From NCBI GenBank assembly GCA_048882325.1, contig JBHLRS010000013.1, positions 1 to 64,000 of the forward strand: a stretch of DNA of 64,000 nt, given 5' to 3'. Below, one piece after another: positions 1 to 10,485 of this stretch; position 1 is the stretch's first letter; the number at the start of each line of letters is the position of its first letter. Under the pieces are notes generated by a model, which was not told the origin of the DNA, made no database searches, and saw nothing but the letters and a program-made list of their open reading frames with translations. The translations under genes and the position numbers were made by a program. The DNA comes from Candidatus Thorarchaeota archaeon. GTDB taxonomy: Archaea; Asgardarchaeota; Thorarchaeia; Thorarchaeales; Thorarchaeaceae.

Positions 1-353
1 ATATGGGAATCGTGGTAGGAGGGGGGAGTTTCGTAATTGAGGGCATGTAACGAAAAACTAGCCCACACGCTCGCCATTGATTACACTTTAACATGCTTTA
101 ATACGAAATATCCTACTTAGACTATTATTAACCCTTTATTGCACTTATTAAAGTTTGTTTTGGTACTGGGATATTTCACAAAATAACATGACGCCATTTT
201 TGATAGAGATGGACTTCTGAGGTGGTGATTTCTTAGCTTTTCTATCATGAATTACTGAGTCAACTTACTTAAAGTAGGGACTTCACTATGGTGAAATATT
301 AGAGTGGAAAAGCGGAGTGCAAAACATGCACAGCCACCTCTCCTGCTCGTATA

Positions 354-2000
354 CTAATCCCCTTGATAGGGTTTAGAGATGCTCTCCTCTTCAACCTGAG
401 TTGGCCTATGACCCTTTCGCCACTCTTCGATTGGTTTGGCAAACTTGTCCTCAATTCTTGACCTGTGAATGGTGTTCATTGCACAGAAGGGAATGATTCG
501 ACCATCAGGGACTGAGTAGTTGATGTCACAATGAGATACCCTCTCAAGGTCGAAGTTGTAAGGATCCATGAAGTGCATCATTCCAAGCATAATGACGCGA
601 CGCATCAGTTTCGCAAGTGACTCATAGTCGCCGCGGTTCAGGAATGCACCCAGTAGGTCTTTGATGATACCCTTCTTCTTGATATGGCGGACACCAGCAG
701 CTAGCTTGGCTTTCGCTCTGGCACTTGCACCTCGTGCTCCATCAGCATATAGGTTTGCTATCTCTTCGAGAAGAACTAGGAACTTGTCAACATCAATCAG
801 GTCTGTGATTGGTCTGTAATCACCATCATCATCAATGTAGATGAATGTAGCCATTCCACAAGCAAAGTGTGAACTAAGTTCGAGGTCTGGACCACCCTTG
901 ATCAGACCAAGTGCACGACCAACGGGCATCATTGAAGGAACGGGATACCACTCAGTTGCTGGAATCCTACCACCAGTCTGTTCTTCTATGAGGTGAATAG
1001 CATCAGGGATTGTGATTCGCATGTCACGACGAGCGTCATGGTCAATTCGACCCGTTATGCTTACTGGCTGGAAGTTAACACAACGAACCACATCTCGGTT
1101 CTCAACTGCAAAATTGATTATACCACCGAGTTGGTCATGATTGACACCTCGGACAACAGTTGGAACAAGAACTAGAGACTCCATCCCAACCTCACGAGCA
1201 TTCTGAATAGCTTGCTTCTTCAGAGGAAGTAGATTTGTGCCTCGGGCTGCAAGGTATGGATCGGGTGTGACTCCATCGAACTGCATATAGATTGTAGAGA
1301 GACCTGCATCTCGAAGTTCTTGGAGGTACTCCTTGCTCTTTCCAATTCGGATAACATTACTAGCAATCTGGACATGCCTGAAACCAAGCTCCTTTGCCCA
1401 CTTGATATACTTTGGAAGGTGCTTACTTACCGTTGGTTCACCACCTGCAAACTGGAGAGCTGGTGCTGGAACGGGAAGGTTGCTACGAAGGTTTCTCATC
1501 ATTTCGAGAACCTCTTCGGGCTCTGGCTCATAGACAGTTCCACCTTCAGCAGCAACTGCGAAGCATATTGGACATCTAAGATTGCAACGATTTGTCACAT
1601 CTAACAGAGCTAGAGCAGTGTGCGACTTGTGCTCTGGACATTGACCACAGTCTTCTGGGCAACCCTTCACGGTTTCGGTTCGAGGATTATCAAGTCCGAT
1701 TGACTTATACCACCAACCTTGAGCTCTTCTGAACATCTCAGCGTCGCCCCAATAAATATCAACAAACTCGCCATGGTCCTCACAGGTCTTCTTGTACATG
1801 ACCTTGCCATCTTCCTCATACAGAGTAGCAGGGATTACATGGACTTTGTCTTCATTCAGGAAACACTCAGGACATATCGATTCAGTATCATAGGGTAGTT
1901 CCTTGACTGGGTATCGCTCTACTCGATACCTTGAGATCGGCCCACCATCTTCATGCTTGATGGGTTCTTCAGGAATTCTTGTAATATCATCAGTAGCCAT
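354..2000 (-). CDS. tes: Radical SAM tetraether lipid (GDGT) synthase, Tes/MJ0619 family
   Basis: N-terminal CPEC...C-x2-HG metal site, CPEDCGQCPEH cluster, radical SAM CNLRCPIC, GGEPT, VNFQPVS, C-terminal MHFMDPYNFDLERV..C..DGRIIPFC. Confidence 0.85.
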   Translation of the reverse strand: MATDDITRIPEEPIKHEDGGPISRYRVERYPVKELPYDTESICPECFLNEDKVHVIPATLYEEDGKVMYKKTCEDHGEFVDIYWGDAEMFRRAQGWWYKSIGLDNPRTETVKGCPEDCGQCPEHKSHTALALLDVTNRCNLRCPICFAVAAEGGTVYEPEPEEVLEMMRNLRSNLPVPAPALQFAGGEPTVSKHLPKYIKWAKELGFRHVQIASNVIRIGKSKEYLQELRDAGLSTIYMQFDGVTPDPYLAARGTNLLPLKKQAIQNAREVGMESLVLVPTVVRGVNHDQLGGIINFAVENRDVVRCVNFQPVSITGRIDHDARRDMRITIPDAIHLIEEQTGGRIPATEWYPVPSMMPVGRALGLIKGGPDLELSSHFACGMATFIYIDDDGDYRPITDLIDVDKFLVLLEEIANLYADGARGASARAKAKLAAGVRHIKKKGIIKDLLGAFLNRGDYESLAKLMRRVIMLGMMHFMDPYNFDLERVSHCDINYSVPDGRIIPFCAMNTIHRSRIEDKFAKPIEEWRKGHRPTQVEEESISKPYQGD

Positions 2001-2085
2001 AATTGTTCACTCCATGACCACATGGAACCACCACTGAACAGGGTGGTATTCACAGTCGCGGTGGGGCAAAATTCCGAATATAAGT

Positions 2086-2436
2086 TTAATCCGAAGTTTC
2101 AGAGTATGTAGAGTGAGCTGAAACTTTGTCCTCATCCTCATCAGAAGTGAGAACATACCCCTTAGTAAAACCCCCACGGGCAAGAAGTTTAGAATGACGT
2201 TGAATCGCTATAAGTCCTTGATCAGCCTTTCTCAATTTTAGAAGAGCATCAATCGCTTCCTGAATGTCAACCAGTTCTTCAGTGTCTCCAGAAAAAAGAA
2301 ACTCTTGAGCTTCCTCAACAATTTTCTCTCGAAGGAGAACATCAAGCTCATCGGGTCCAGCTATTCGAATCTTGGGATTTCCACCCTTCTCACGAATTAT
2401 CTCCGGAATCTTGTCCCGTACAAGTTTCTCACCCAT
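2086..2436 (-). CDS. MazG-like / PRA-PH family nucleoside triphosphate pyrophosphohydrolase
   Basis: KLVRDKIPEII start, KIVEEAQEF...EELVDIQE acidic motif, RGGFTKG end. Confidence 0.8.
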   Translation of the reverse strand: MGEKLVRDKIPEIIREKGGNPKIRIAGPDELDVLLREKIVEEAQEFLFSGDTEELVDIQEAIDALLKLRKADQGLIAIQRHSKLLARGGFTKGYVLTSDEDEDKVSAHSTYSETSD

Positions 2437-2451
2437 TAGAGTTATCCTCCT

Positions 2452-3126
2452 TTATTTAAGAGCAAGCGCAACTTCAACTTGGTAACGCGCAAGTTCTAAG
2501 AATGCATCGACTGCAAGTCTGACACCACCAGGAATGTCAGTGGTCCAAGGTTCTTCAGCATCGCGTGGAGTGGACTCTGTCATTGCAGAGAAGGGGAGGA
2601 ACTTCACATTGAAAGCATCATCAAAAGATACTGTCCCGACCCACTGCCCTTCACCATCCACAATCTCATATGTCGGTAGGAATTTCTTCAAACCCTCAGG
2701 AACTATAGCATTCCAGTAAATGGACATGCCATTGAATTGCTCAGGGTCTCCAAGACCTACAGTGTAGGTATCCATGGTCGCCTTTGCAGTCACCAGTTTA
2801 TAGAGGATTCCAATGCGACAATTGAGACACTGGTTGAACTCCAGTCCGTCTCCGCTGGCTTCGACATAAGCAATACCGTTCTTCTCGATATTGTCATCGT
2901 TGCAATGAACACATAGATTCATTCCCCATCGGACTTCGAGATGTTCCTCGAATGGGCCCTTAATGAATCGCTCTGCTGCTTCATCAAATGCAGCCTTTAC
3001 AGCCGCTGCTCCTTCTTGGTCCATCTTGTTCCTGATTGCACTCCATACCTGAAGTATATCCTGCCAGAGAATATTGTAGATCATATCAGCAAGCTTGTCC
3101 AGGGGTCTCTCTTCCAATGCACTCAT
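2452..3126 (-). CDS. Hypothetical protein with two CxxC pairs (possible Zn site)
   Basis: 224-aa ORF co-oriented and closely spaced with neighbours; CVHC and CLNC. Confidence 0.6.
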   Translation of the reverse strand: MSALEERPLDKLADMIYNILWQDILQVWSAIRNKMDQEGAAAVKAAFDEAAERFIKGPFEEHLEVRWGMNLCVHCNDDNIEKNGIAYVEASGDGLEFNQCLNCRIGILYKLVTAKATMDTYTVGLGDPEQFNGMSIYWNAIVPEGLKKFLPTYEIVDGEGQWVGTVSFDDAFNVKFLPFSAMTESTPRDAEEPWTTDIPGGVRLAVDAFLELARYQVEVALALK

Positions 3127-3440
3127 AGAAACACTTCATCTCGGAAGAACTAGAGGTTTCAATTAAACATTAGTTGGACCTCCTGATAGTCAAGTATTGC
3201 TAGCCTAAGGTTTTTAACTGAGTCAGATGTGATACGTAAGAGTGAACAGGTGAGAAAAGGATGGATTGCCAAATTCACTAAGTCATGTGAAAGTAATTGT
3301 AGTCCATTCTCTGATTACATGCTTGTTCGATTTTTGAAACAGTACTCAGATCTATATGTAATGAAATTGCTTTCCCCATCAAACGGTCACTATACGTTTG
3401 AGAGGGAGGTATATTACCAAAACCACGATTGGTGATTGAA

Positions 3441-6400
3441 ATGTTCAAACCAGTGCCCAGTCAAATCGACTTTGTTGCTCAAGAAATTGAAATTCTAAAG
3501 TTATGGAAAGAATCAAAGACATTTGAAAAGCTACTCACATTAAGAGCAAAAGGGAAGAGATGGTCGTTCCTTGATGGACCAATTACCGCCAACAACCCAA
3601 TGGGGGTTCACCATGGTTGGGGACGCACATACAAAGATCTTTACCATCGATTCAAAGCTATGCAGGGCTTTCACACAAGATACCAGAATGGATTTGACTG
3701 CCAGGGCCTCTGGGTTGAGGTCAACGTTGAACGAGACTTGGGTTTCAAGGGTAAGCAAGACATAGAAGAATTCGGGCTAGAGAAGTTCATCATATTGTGT
3801 AAACAGCGTGTCTTGAAATATGCCGCAGTCCAAACTGAGCAGAGTATAAGATTGGGTTATTGGATGGATTGGGATAAGTTAGAGAACCTACAGAAGCTGC
3901 ACGATGCACTGGGCAAGGATCCAATGGCAGAATTGACGATTGAAGGAGTGGAGGGCCCAGTTAAGGGCACAGCTGAAGAATTGGTGGGAAAGCTTGGTAT
4001 GCCAGAGATTGGAGGGTCATACTTCACACTCTCTGAAGAGAACAACTACACTATATGGTCGATGCTGAAGTCATGTCATGATAGAGGGTGGATATACAAA
4101 GGACACGACGTGATGCCATGGTGCGCAAGATGTGGAACAGCTATCAGTCAGCATGAGATAGTCACCGAGGGATATCGAGAATTAACACATGCGAGTATAA
4201 CACTGAGATTTCCACTAGTGGACAGACCTGGAGAGAGCCTTCTCATATGGACAACAACCCCCTGGACACTAAGTAGCAATGTTGCGGCTGCAGTAGGCCC
4301 AGAGCTTACATATGTTAAGGTCCGTCAGGGTGAAGAAATCCTCTATCTGAGTCGTGGAACTCTACACATGTTGAAGGGAAATTATGAGGTCGAAGAAGAG
4401 TTACTTGGATTTGATATGGAGGGTTGGATCTATCACGGTCCCTTTGATGAATTACCAGCTCAGAAAGAGAGTGGTATAGCTGGAAATCACAAGGTGATTC
4501 TCTGGGAGGAGGTTGGTGAAGAAGAAGGTACCGGAATTGTCCATATAGCCCCGGGATGCGGAGCAGAAGACTTTGAGCTATCGAAAGAAACGGATCTTGT
4601 TGCAATCGCACCTCTCACAGAGAATGGAATCTTCATTGATGGCTTTGACTGGTTGTCAGGTATGAATGTGAACGAGGTTGCCCAACCAATATTTGACAAT
4701 CTAAGCAAGAAAGGCGTGACCTACAAGGTTGAGGATTACACTCACCGATACCCTGTTTGCTGGCGATGCCAAGAAGAGTTGGTCTTCCGTCTTGTTGATG
4801 AATGGTTCATCTCTATGGGTAGTAAGTTAGACATACCCTATGAAGAAGTCACTGACAAGCAGAAAGAATCCAATCTACGGTATCAAATAATGGAGGTCGT
4901 ATACAACGAAACCAATTGGTATCCATCTTTTGGAAAAGAGAGAGAGCTGGATTGGTTGAGAAATATGGATGATTGGATGATTTCCAAGAAGAGATACTGG
5001 GGACTAGCACTACCAATATGGGAATGCTCAAGTTGTGGAAACTTTGATGTCATAGGTAGTAGGGATGAACTAAAGGAGCGTGCTGTGGCAGGTTGGGAAT
5101 TGTTTGATGGTCATTCACCTCATCGACCATTTATCGATGAAATTGAGATAGAGTGTAGTGCTTGTAAGAACCGAATGAAACGGATACCCGATGTAGGAAA
5201 TCCGTGGCTAGATGCAGGTATAGTCGGAATGAGCACCATGAGGTACAACTCTGATAGGAACTATTGGAAAACATGGTTCCCTGCAGACCTCATCAGTGAG
5301 AGCTTCCCAGGACAATTCAGAAATTGGTTCTACAGCCTCCTCGCAATGAGCACTATTCTAGAACGCAAAGCGCCATTTAGAGATGTCTTTACCTACGCCA
5401 CCTTAGTTGCTGAAGATGGTAGAGCAATGCACAAGTCTTGGGGTAACATGGTAGAATTTAATGATGCAGCAGATACCATGGGAGTAGATGCTATGCGGTG
5501 GGTCTTTTGTTCTCACAAAGCAGAGAAAGACCTTGCTTTTGGATACACACGAGGTGATGAAGTCCGTCGACAGTTTCTCATACCCCTCTGGAATGTCTAC
5601 TCTTTCTTTGTCACATATGCCCTGATTGACAGCTGGGTTCCCGACGAAAAAACAAAGTTGGCGCCAAGTCTGCTCGATAGGTGGATACTCTCGAGGATGA
5701 ATGAGCTCACTCGTGAGGTAACAAATTACTTGGAGTCTTATGAACCACACATGGCAACCACCGCCATTTCACGATTTATTGATCACCTCAGCAATTGGTA
5801 TTTGCGAAGAAGCCGCCGACGGTTCTGGGCGGAAACAGGAGAAAGTGACGAGGTGGATGCTGACAAGAATGCAGCCTATGACACACTTTATCGCGTCCTA
5901 GTTAATCTCTCCCGCGTGCTTGCGCCGTTTGTGCCCTTTCTATCTGAGGTCATGCATCAAAACCTAACGCAAAACATCGACTCAGGAGATCCTGAAAGTG
6001 TTCATCTTTGTGACTGGCCTACACCAGGTCCTATAGATAAAACCTTGAACGATGAGATGAACCTTGTCCTACGATTAGTTTCACTCGGGCACGCAGCAAG
6101 AAACAAAGCTAACCGCAAGCTACGTCAACCACTATCTGAAATCGCATTTGCACTTGGGTCAGATGATGAACAAGATACTGTCACACGCTATTCTGATCTT
6201 ATCAGGAACGAGTTGAATGTCAAGAGTGTGCGATTTCTGGATGCTACAGGAGAAGTGGTAAGTTATCAACTCAAGCCACTCCCAAAGCAATTAGGCCAAA
6301 AATACGGTTCACGATTTCCTGAGCTGAGAGATGCTATATTAACCCTTGATCCACGCAGCGCATCAACTCAGCTCCAAGCTGGGGAATCAATAGTAATATC

Positions 6401-6791
6401 GCTGAACGGAGAAAAGTTTGAGCTTCTTCCTGAAGAGGTTGAGGTAATTGTTGAAGCAAAGGAAGGTTTCTCAACTTCTTCTGAAGGACCGTATCTTGCA
6501 GCTTTGACAACAGAACTCACAGAAGAACTTGAACTTGAAGGCTTGGCACGAGAATTTGTCCGACGTGTGCAGAACCTAAGGAAGTCAGCTGACCTCAACG
6601 TCAATGATAGAATCGAAGTTCAATACTCATCAAGCAAACGAATGGCTGAAGCAGTTGAGTTTCATAAGGAGTATATCTCAGAAGAAACACTTTCTGAAAG
6701 TATAGAATTAGAGAAAAAGCCAGAGGGTAAATTCCAAGAGAAGTATACCTTCGGTGATGAAAAGCTCACAGTAGCACTATCCCCTAGTTAA
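3441..6791 (+). CDS. ileS: Isoleucyl-tRNA synthetase, type 2, with non-canonical GVHH signature (start ATG 3441; track start 3429)
   Basis: DGPITAN-PMGVHH, GFDCQGL, WTTTPWTL editing domain, GTGIVHIAPG, DWMISKKRYWG, AMHKS (KMSKS), NWYLRRSRRRF, EGLAREFVRRVQNLRK. Confidence 0.95.
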   Translation: MFKPVPSQIDFVAQEIEILKLWKESKTFEKLLTLRAKGKRWSFLDGPITANNPMGVHHGWGRTYKDLYHRFKAMQGFHTRYQNGFDCQGLWVEVNVERDLGFKGKQDIEEFGLEKFIILCKQRVLKYAAVQTEQSIRLGYWMDWDKLENLQKLHDALGKDPMAELTIEGVEGPVKGTAEELVGKLGMPEIGGSYFTLSEENNYTIWSMLKSCHDRGWIYKGHDVMPWCARCGTAISQHEIVTEGYRELTHASITLRFPLVDRPGESLLIWTTTPWTLSSNVAAAVGPELTYVKVRQGEEILYLSRGTLHMLKGNYEVEEELLGFDMEGWIYHGPFDELPAQKESGIAGNHKVILWEEVGEEEGTGIVHIAPGCGAEDFELSKETDLVAIAPLTENGIFIDGFDWLSGMNVNEVAQPIFDNLSKKGVTYKVEDYTHRYPVCWRCQEELVFRLVDEWFISMGSKLDIPYEEVTDKQKESNLRYQIMEVVYNETNWYPSFGKERELDWLRNMDDWMISKKRYWGLALPIWECSSCGNFDVIGSRDELKERAVAGWELFDGHSPHRPFIDEIEIECSACKNRMKRIPDVGNPWLDAGIVGMSTMRYNSDRNYWKTWFPADLISESFPGQFRNWFYSLLAMSTILERKAPFRDVFTYATLVAEDGRAMHKSWGNMVEFNDAADTMGVDAMRWVFCSHKAEKDLAFGYTRGDEVRRQFLIPLWNVYSFFVTYALIDSWVPDEKTKLAPSLLDRWILSRMNELTREVTNYLESYEPHMATTAISRFIDHLSNWYLRRSRRRFWAETGESDEVDADKNAAYDTLYRVLVNLSRVLAPFVPFLSEVMHQNLTQNIDSGDPESVHLCDWPTPGPIDKTLNDEMNLVLRLVSLGHAARNKANRKLRQPLSEIAFALGSDDEQDTVTRYSDLIRNELNVKSVRFLDATGEVVSYQLKPLPKQLGQKYGSRFPELRDAILTLDPRSASTQLQAGESIVISLNGEKFELLPEEVEVIVEAKEGFSTSSEGPYLAALTTELTEELELEGLAREFVRRVQNLRKSADLNVNDRIEVQYSSSKRMAEAVEFHKEYISEETLSESIELEKKPEGKFQEKYTFGDEKLTVALSPS

Positions 6792-6827
6792 GAATGAAAA
6801 TTCCACTAGGGCGATATTTCCTTTAAA

Positions 6828-8165
6828 TCAGAGTGAGGCTGGTTTTCTCACAAGCACGTCAATCAAAGTATAGAATACATCAGCATTCTCACGCAGAGAT
6901 TTTATTGAAACCCACTCATTAGCTCCGTGAACATTGTCACCCTTGGGACCAAAATCAAACAAGTCGGCACCCTCCCCTGCGAAGAAACGAGAATCAGACG
7001 CCCCGAAACCTTCGAGAATCCTGTACGGAATACCCTCCTTCTCAAGCGCCCAACGAGCAGCTCTGATGAGCAGTGAATCAGGATCACAATCAACAAATCC
7101 AATACCCGCATGGACTTGGAGGGAGAACAAATCGACACGGTTCTTAAGAACTGCTTGAAATGAGGCTTTAACTGCCTCATCGTCATTTGTCATAGAACGA
7201 ATGTCAATCAGGAGAGTCCAAAGGTCATTCTCCTTTGCCAATACGTTTGGACAGATGTTGGTTCCCATATCAGAGGGGAGTGTTGGAAATGCAACTCTTG
7301 TTACTGGTAGTAGTGCTCTCATCAGATTGGTCAGTCCAGCATCATAGGAGAATTCAGTACCGGACTCATCTGGATGGACTACATCCATCTCAACCCAATC
7401 GGGTACCACATTTCGCTTCAGAAAACTTCCACGAATCGATTGGACCACTGCTAATGGATTGAGGTCAAGATACTTCGATGCGGCAATCATTGCATGCCGA
7501 TCCACACCAAACCGTAGGTAAGCGCTGTGTCTTGTATTGCTACCGTAAGTCTGAGTTTCGACCCTGACAGTTTCCATTCTTCCCTTGATCGTTTCTAGTT
7601 TTTCTTTCACCTTGATGTACGTAGGAAGTATGTTCCTTCTTCTGTGAATAATGTCTTGTCCATTTCCGTCTGCTACAACAACATAATCAGGAAAAAGGCC
7701 CTGCTTTTTCAGATGTTCTTTCAGCTCACCAGCGCCTTGTCGTCCACCAATCTCCTCATCTCCTGATGTCGCAATCATCACAGTACACGGAAAGTCTGAT
7801 CCAGCCAGTTTCTCAGCCAGAAGCAAGAGTGTAACAATGTTTCCCTTGTCATCACATGTACCCCTTCCATAAGCTCGATCACCATCGACATTCAACTTCA
7901 ATGGATCTGAAGCCCATCCTTCCCCAAAGGGTACAACATCGAAATGAGCTAGGAATAAAATCTTGAATGTACCATGACCTCGACGAGCAAGCGTAGTGTA
8001 GTAGCCATTGGACTCAAGAATCTCAGTGTGAAACCCATAATCACTCAGAATGCTGTTAATGTATTCAGGACACTCTTTTGTGGGGCGTGTGTCACCATCA
8101 TTTCTTGTGTCAAATCCAACAAGCTTCCCCAGAAGTTCGAGAGGATCCAGCGTCATCATAATCAA
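6828..8165 (-). CDS. M20 family metallopeptidase/deacylase (ArgE/DapE-like)
   Basis: AHFDVVP, GRGTCDDKG, DEEIGG, GASDSRF, HGANE. Confidence 0.85.
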   Translation of the reverse strand: MIMMTLDPLELLGKLVGFDTRNDGDTRPTKECPEYINSILSDYGFHTEILESNGYYTTLARRGHGTFKILFLAHFDVVPFGEGWASDPLKLNVDGDRAYGRGTCDDKGNIVTLLLLAEKLAGSDFPCTVMIATSGDEEIGGRQGAGELKEHLKKQGLFPDYVVVADGNGQDIIHRRRNILPTYIKVKEKLETIKGRMETVRVETQTYGSNTRHSAYLRFGVDRHAMIAASKYLDLNPLAVVQSIRGSFLKRNVVPDWVEMDVVHPDESGTEFSYDAGLTNLMRALLPVTRVAFPTLPSDMGTNICPNVLAKENDLWTLLIDIRSMTNDDEAVKASFQAVLKNRVDLFSLQVHAGIGFVDCDPDSLLIRAARWALEKEGIPYRILEGFGASDSRFFAGEGADLFDFGPKGDNVHGANEWVSIKSLRENADVFYTLIDVLVRKPASL

Positions 8166-8270
8166 ATTACAACCGAACTAATTGAGTCAAAAGTCTATCC
8201 ACTCGATTGAAAGCAAAAAGAAAAAGCTGTGACAAGGGACAGTGTGACTGCCCCTAGCATCAAGAGCAAT

Positions 8271-10484
8271 TCAGGTTCTTTTATAGACCCATCTGTTCCA
8301 AGAGCTGAGACTTGGCATCTCTTCTGGCATGCTCTTTCTCTTCCGAATTTCGAGGATTATTTCCTCCTGCAGGTTGGTGGGAAGAGGTTCAAAGCCTCTG
8401 AATTCGTACCCGAAGAAACTGCGACCTGCTGTTGCACTTCGGAACTCATCAGCGATACCGATAGTTTCGGCAGAGGGTAGTGTGCCCTTCACAGTGACAG
8501 CATCCTCCTCACCCTCGATTGTGACAATCTGACCTCTATGACCCGTAAGGACCTTAATCACAGCACCCTGTGTGTCAGTAGGAGTTTTGATATCAGCATT
8601 GAGGACCGGCTCGTATATGCCAGGTCTTCCCGTTAGGAAGCCCATGTTGAGACCAGCGCTCACCATCGTAGCGACTTCATTGTATCCTGTGTGCGCAGGG
8701 TCTGTGTGAACTGTTGCATCTGTGAGCACAACCTTGACACCCATCACTGGCTCCTTTGCAATTGGGCCACTGTCGATGAACTCTCTGAATGTTGTCTGTA
8801 GATAGGAGAAGATCCTGTCGAATCGTTGGACACCACTCATAGCATCCACAAGCATTGATGATTCATAGATGTCGAGAATCTTTCGGGCCTCCTTCGCATC
8901 CCATCCGGCCTCGTCTCGTAGAATTGCTGCACGCTCACGATCAGGCATTTCAGCTGTGATTCGCTTCTTCTTGATCAGCTCAACTGTCTTCTCATCGAGG
9001 GGCTCCAAGTACATTCGAATCCTGTTGTGACCATTTGGTGACTTTGTGTGGAACTCATCACCGCGTTCAGTCATCTTCTCACGATACACAATGATAGGCT
9101 CTGAAACTGTAATCTTGACTTGTTCGTTGATTCTCTTTGTGAGGATTTCGATCTGCAGTGGGTCAATTCCATCCAGCCGATACTCTCCTGATTCCTTGTC
9201 ATGCACGAACCTAGCTGTCGGATCAGCCATAATCCACTTGGATACTACTTCACCAAGCTTTGCGATATCCTGTGGGTCAACTGGCTTGATGCTTCGACTA
9301 ACGACAGGTTCACTAACGTACTCTATGGCCTCAAAGCCCTTCATATCAGAACCTGGTGCAACAAACGACTCACCACTTGGACACATAAATCCGAAGACTG
9401 AGAACAGGTTGCCTGCAGGAACCTCATCCATGTCTAGAATGTCTGTGATCTCTTGCACACCAAGACGCTTGACTTTAGCATTTTGGCGCATGTTAACAAG
9501 TGAGATTTCCTGTCCAGACTTGATGGTTCCAGAGAATACCCGACCGATCAGCGTTGGTCTCTTGCTCTTCGGGTCCACGAAAATCTTAGTGATCATTCCG
9601 CAGAGAGGACCTTTAGGATCAACATTCAAGAGCGCTTTTCCCTCAGGACTGTCTAGGTCACCTGTCCAGATTCTCGGGATCTTGTACTGCTGCGCCTCCT
9701 TTGGATCTGGTAGGTGTTTCACGATCATCTCGAGCAGTGCGTCATCGAGTGGCAGGTTCTCTCTTAGCCACATCTCATCGCCCTCATTGTACTTCTCAAA
9801 GACAACTGTTGGTTTGATGTCTTTCTTCTCAAGGGTCTTCATCGTGAATGCCCAACCTGTCTTTGCACTACCGATGGCAACACTTCCATCCTGGAAATTG
9901 ACCTTCCAATCTTTGCCATAGCCCTCAGGTGCGACCTTCTTAATCAGTTGGTTGACCTTTGCAATGATGATGTCAATACGCTCGTAGACTTTAGCTGGCG
10001 GGAGTTTGAGCTCGTTGATGAGTCTGTCTACTTTGTTAACGAACAAAACAGGCTTGCACGCCTCTCCACCAACTGCCAAGCGAATGTTTGTTTCTGTCTG
10101 TGTCATCACGCCTTCCAGAGCATCGACTAGAATGACAGCACCATCACTGGCACGCAGTGCTCTAGAAACCTCGCCAGTGAATGACAAGTGTCCTGGTGTG
10201 TCAGACAGCTGTACTAGGTATTCTTCTCCATCAATTTCGAAGTTGAGCAGCACGACTGATGTGAAGATGGTGATGCCACGCTCCTGTTCCTCTTCATCTG
10301 AGTCAGTCATCAGTGCCTGTCCAGCGGCTGCGTCGGACATCAGACCAGCACGACGCATCAGATAGTCAGTGGTCGTAGTCTTGCCATGGTCAATATGTGC
10401 ACTGATAGAGATGATTCTCTTGTGTTTATAATCGTCTGATAGGATGAGCCTCTTGATTGCACCTGGCTCTTTGATCTTAACCAT
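8271..10484 (-). CDS. Elongation factor 2 family GTPase, probable Asgard EF-2 paralog (aEF-2p); likely start ATG 10484
   Basis: AHIDHGKTT, ERGITI, DTPGH, NKVD, KSPNGHNR; diphthamide loop reads HTDPAHTG rather than HxDxxHRG; no flanking S12/S7 genes. Confidence 0.85.
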   Translation of the reverse strand: MVKIKEPGAIKRLILSDDYKHKRIISISAHIDHGKTTTTDYLMRRAGLMSDAAAGQALMTDSDEEEQERGITIFTSVVLLNFEIDGEEYLVQLSDTPGHLSFTGEVSRALRASDGAVILVDALEGVMTQTETNIRLAVGGEACKPVLFVNKVDRLINELKLPPAKVYERIDIIIAKVNQLIKKVAPEGYGKDWKVNFQDGSVAIGSAKTGWAFTMKTLEKKDIKPTVVFEKYNEGDEMWLRENLPLDDALLEMIVKHLPDPKEAQQYKIPRIWTGDLDSPEGKALLNVDPKGPLCGMITKIFVDPKSKRPTLIGRVFSGTIKSGQEISLVNMRQNAKVKRLGVQEITDILDMDEVPAGNLFSVFGFMCPSGESFVAPGSDMKGFEAIEYVSEPVVSRSIKPVDPQDIAKLGEVVSKWIMADPTARFVHDKESGEYRLDGIDPLQIEILTKRINEQVKITVSEPIIVYREKMTERGDEFHTKSPNGHNRIRMYLEPLDEKTVELIKKKRITAEMPDRERAAILRDEAGWDAKEARKILDIYESSMLVDAMSGVQRFDRIFSYLQTTFREFIDSGPIAKEPVMGVKVVLTDATVHTDPAHTGYNEVATMVSAGLNMGFLTGRPGIYEPVLNADIKTPTDTQGAVIKVLTGHRGQIVTIEGEEDAVTVKGTLPSAETIGIADEFRSATAGRSFFGYEFRGFEPLPTNLQEEIILEIRKRKSMPEEMPSLSSWNRWVYKRT

Positions 10485-10485
10485 T

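Noticed and set aside
3127-3440. T-box leader or 68-aa ORF upstream of ileS
   Set aside because: No T-box consensus (GGTGGNACCGCG) or terminator; the ORF has no recognisable features.
9046-9921. 291-aa plus-strand ORF
   Set aside because: Antisense shadow of the EF-2 paralog; Ser-rich with no motifs.
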